Shown here: piece after piece, positions 63,507 to 64,000 of the stretch
Position numbering within the stretch: position 1 is the stretch's first letter
Layout: every line of letters begins with the position of its first letter
Assembly: GCA_029945195.1 (NCBI GenBank)
Contig: GCA_029945195.1_4117.1
Reading direction: 5' to 3' (one strand)
Source of the DNA: a phage
Length of the DNA: 64,000 nt
Program-made: the position numbers and the translations under genes
The notes under the pieces: generated by a model
What the model was told of the DNA's origin: nothing
The model's input: only the letters and a program-made list of their open reading frames with translations
The model's database searches: none

Positions 63507-64000
63507 TTAAAGATTTAGATAGAATTTTATATGTACTAAGGGGTGTAATTACATTACATCCACAAATCAATCGAATTGAAAGTACATTTCAGTTGGAGTC
63601 AAGAGAAACTCCATATTCACATATATCAAATGTAGTTGGTTCACTCAGTACTGAAGACTCGTCTTACGATATTTGTGTATGTGAAGTACAACCAAGTTCG
63701 GATCTTGGATTTGCTATTTTTGATAAAGAACAAAATCTCATTAGTATGTTTCAGTGCAATAATCCTTTTTGGAAAACATGCCTGTATCCAGAGTGGGCTA
63801 TGCTTGATCCAACCAAGAGTACCATTAAAGTTTATGACTCTAAAAATGATGAAGTCGTTATTGATTTGGATGAGTCAATGTCAGAGGAAGAACACTTTCA
63901 GCTAATGATGATGCGTGCTATGCCTGAGTACAATGCAATGATTAATACTATACAATACATTAAGGATACCATGCCATCATTGCGTACACATGAGTTTTGC
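63503..64000 (+). CDS. family-B-like protein, 3' partial (TTG start, runs off window)
   Basis: hand-traced frame from TTG 63503 (SD GGGGA) with no stop to 64000; contains MSEEEHFQLMMMRAM. Confidence 0.4.
   Translation, partial: MIKDLDRILYVLRGVITLHPQINRIESTFQLESRETPYSHISNVVGSLSTEDSSYDICVCEVQPSSDLGFAIFDKEQNLISMFQCNNPFWKTCLYPEWAMLDPTKSTIKVYDSKNDEVVIDLDESMSEEEHFQLMMMRAMPEYNAMINTIQYIKDTMPSLRTHEFC

Noticed and set aside
1-64000. Insertion sequences, integrase or other mobile-element genes
   Set aside because: No transposase- or integrase-like ORF or terminal inverted repeats seen; repeats present are regulatory modules and gene paralogs.

Overview
The window reads as one contiguous, entirely plus-strand segment of a large virulent phage, probably of an enterobacterial host (E. 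coli-type sigma70 promoters, AGGAG-type SD sites, E. coli Chi octamers). No identification by database search was possible; all calls are from reading the sequence. Three zones are visible. (1) 1-16.4 kb is an early-region-like block of about 45 small genes, most behind a TTGACA/TTGCAA-16/17-TATAAT promoter followed by a GC-rich 5' leader hairpin and an SD; it is punctuated by composite intergenic repeats (terminator hairpin with an embedded promoter, a conserved 16-nt motif, Chi) and carries a minimal eukaryotic-like protein kinase and a TraR/DksA-type zinc finger. (2) 16.6-52.4 kb is an extraordinary head-to-tail array of about 90 paralogous genes in two families: family A (about 70 aa, LGTNYQ motif, 26 consecutive copies) and family B (100-200 aa, conserved [S/T]-E-E-x-[Y/F]-F-Q-x-S motif resembling a Gln-P1 protease site). 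This array is the strongest candidate for an undescribed system. (3) 52.4-64 kb holds further small genes, including a translationally coupled Dam-like N6-adenine methyltransferase and NadM-type NMN adenylyltransferase, and a third tandem paralog family. ORFs shorter than 60 aa are absent from the supplied track; several were found by hand. Minus-strand ORFs in the track look spurious.
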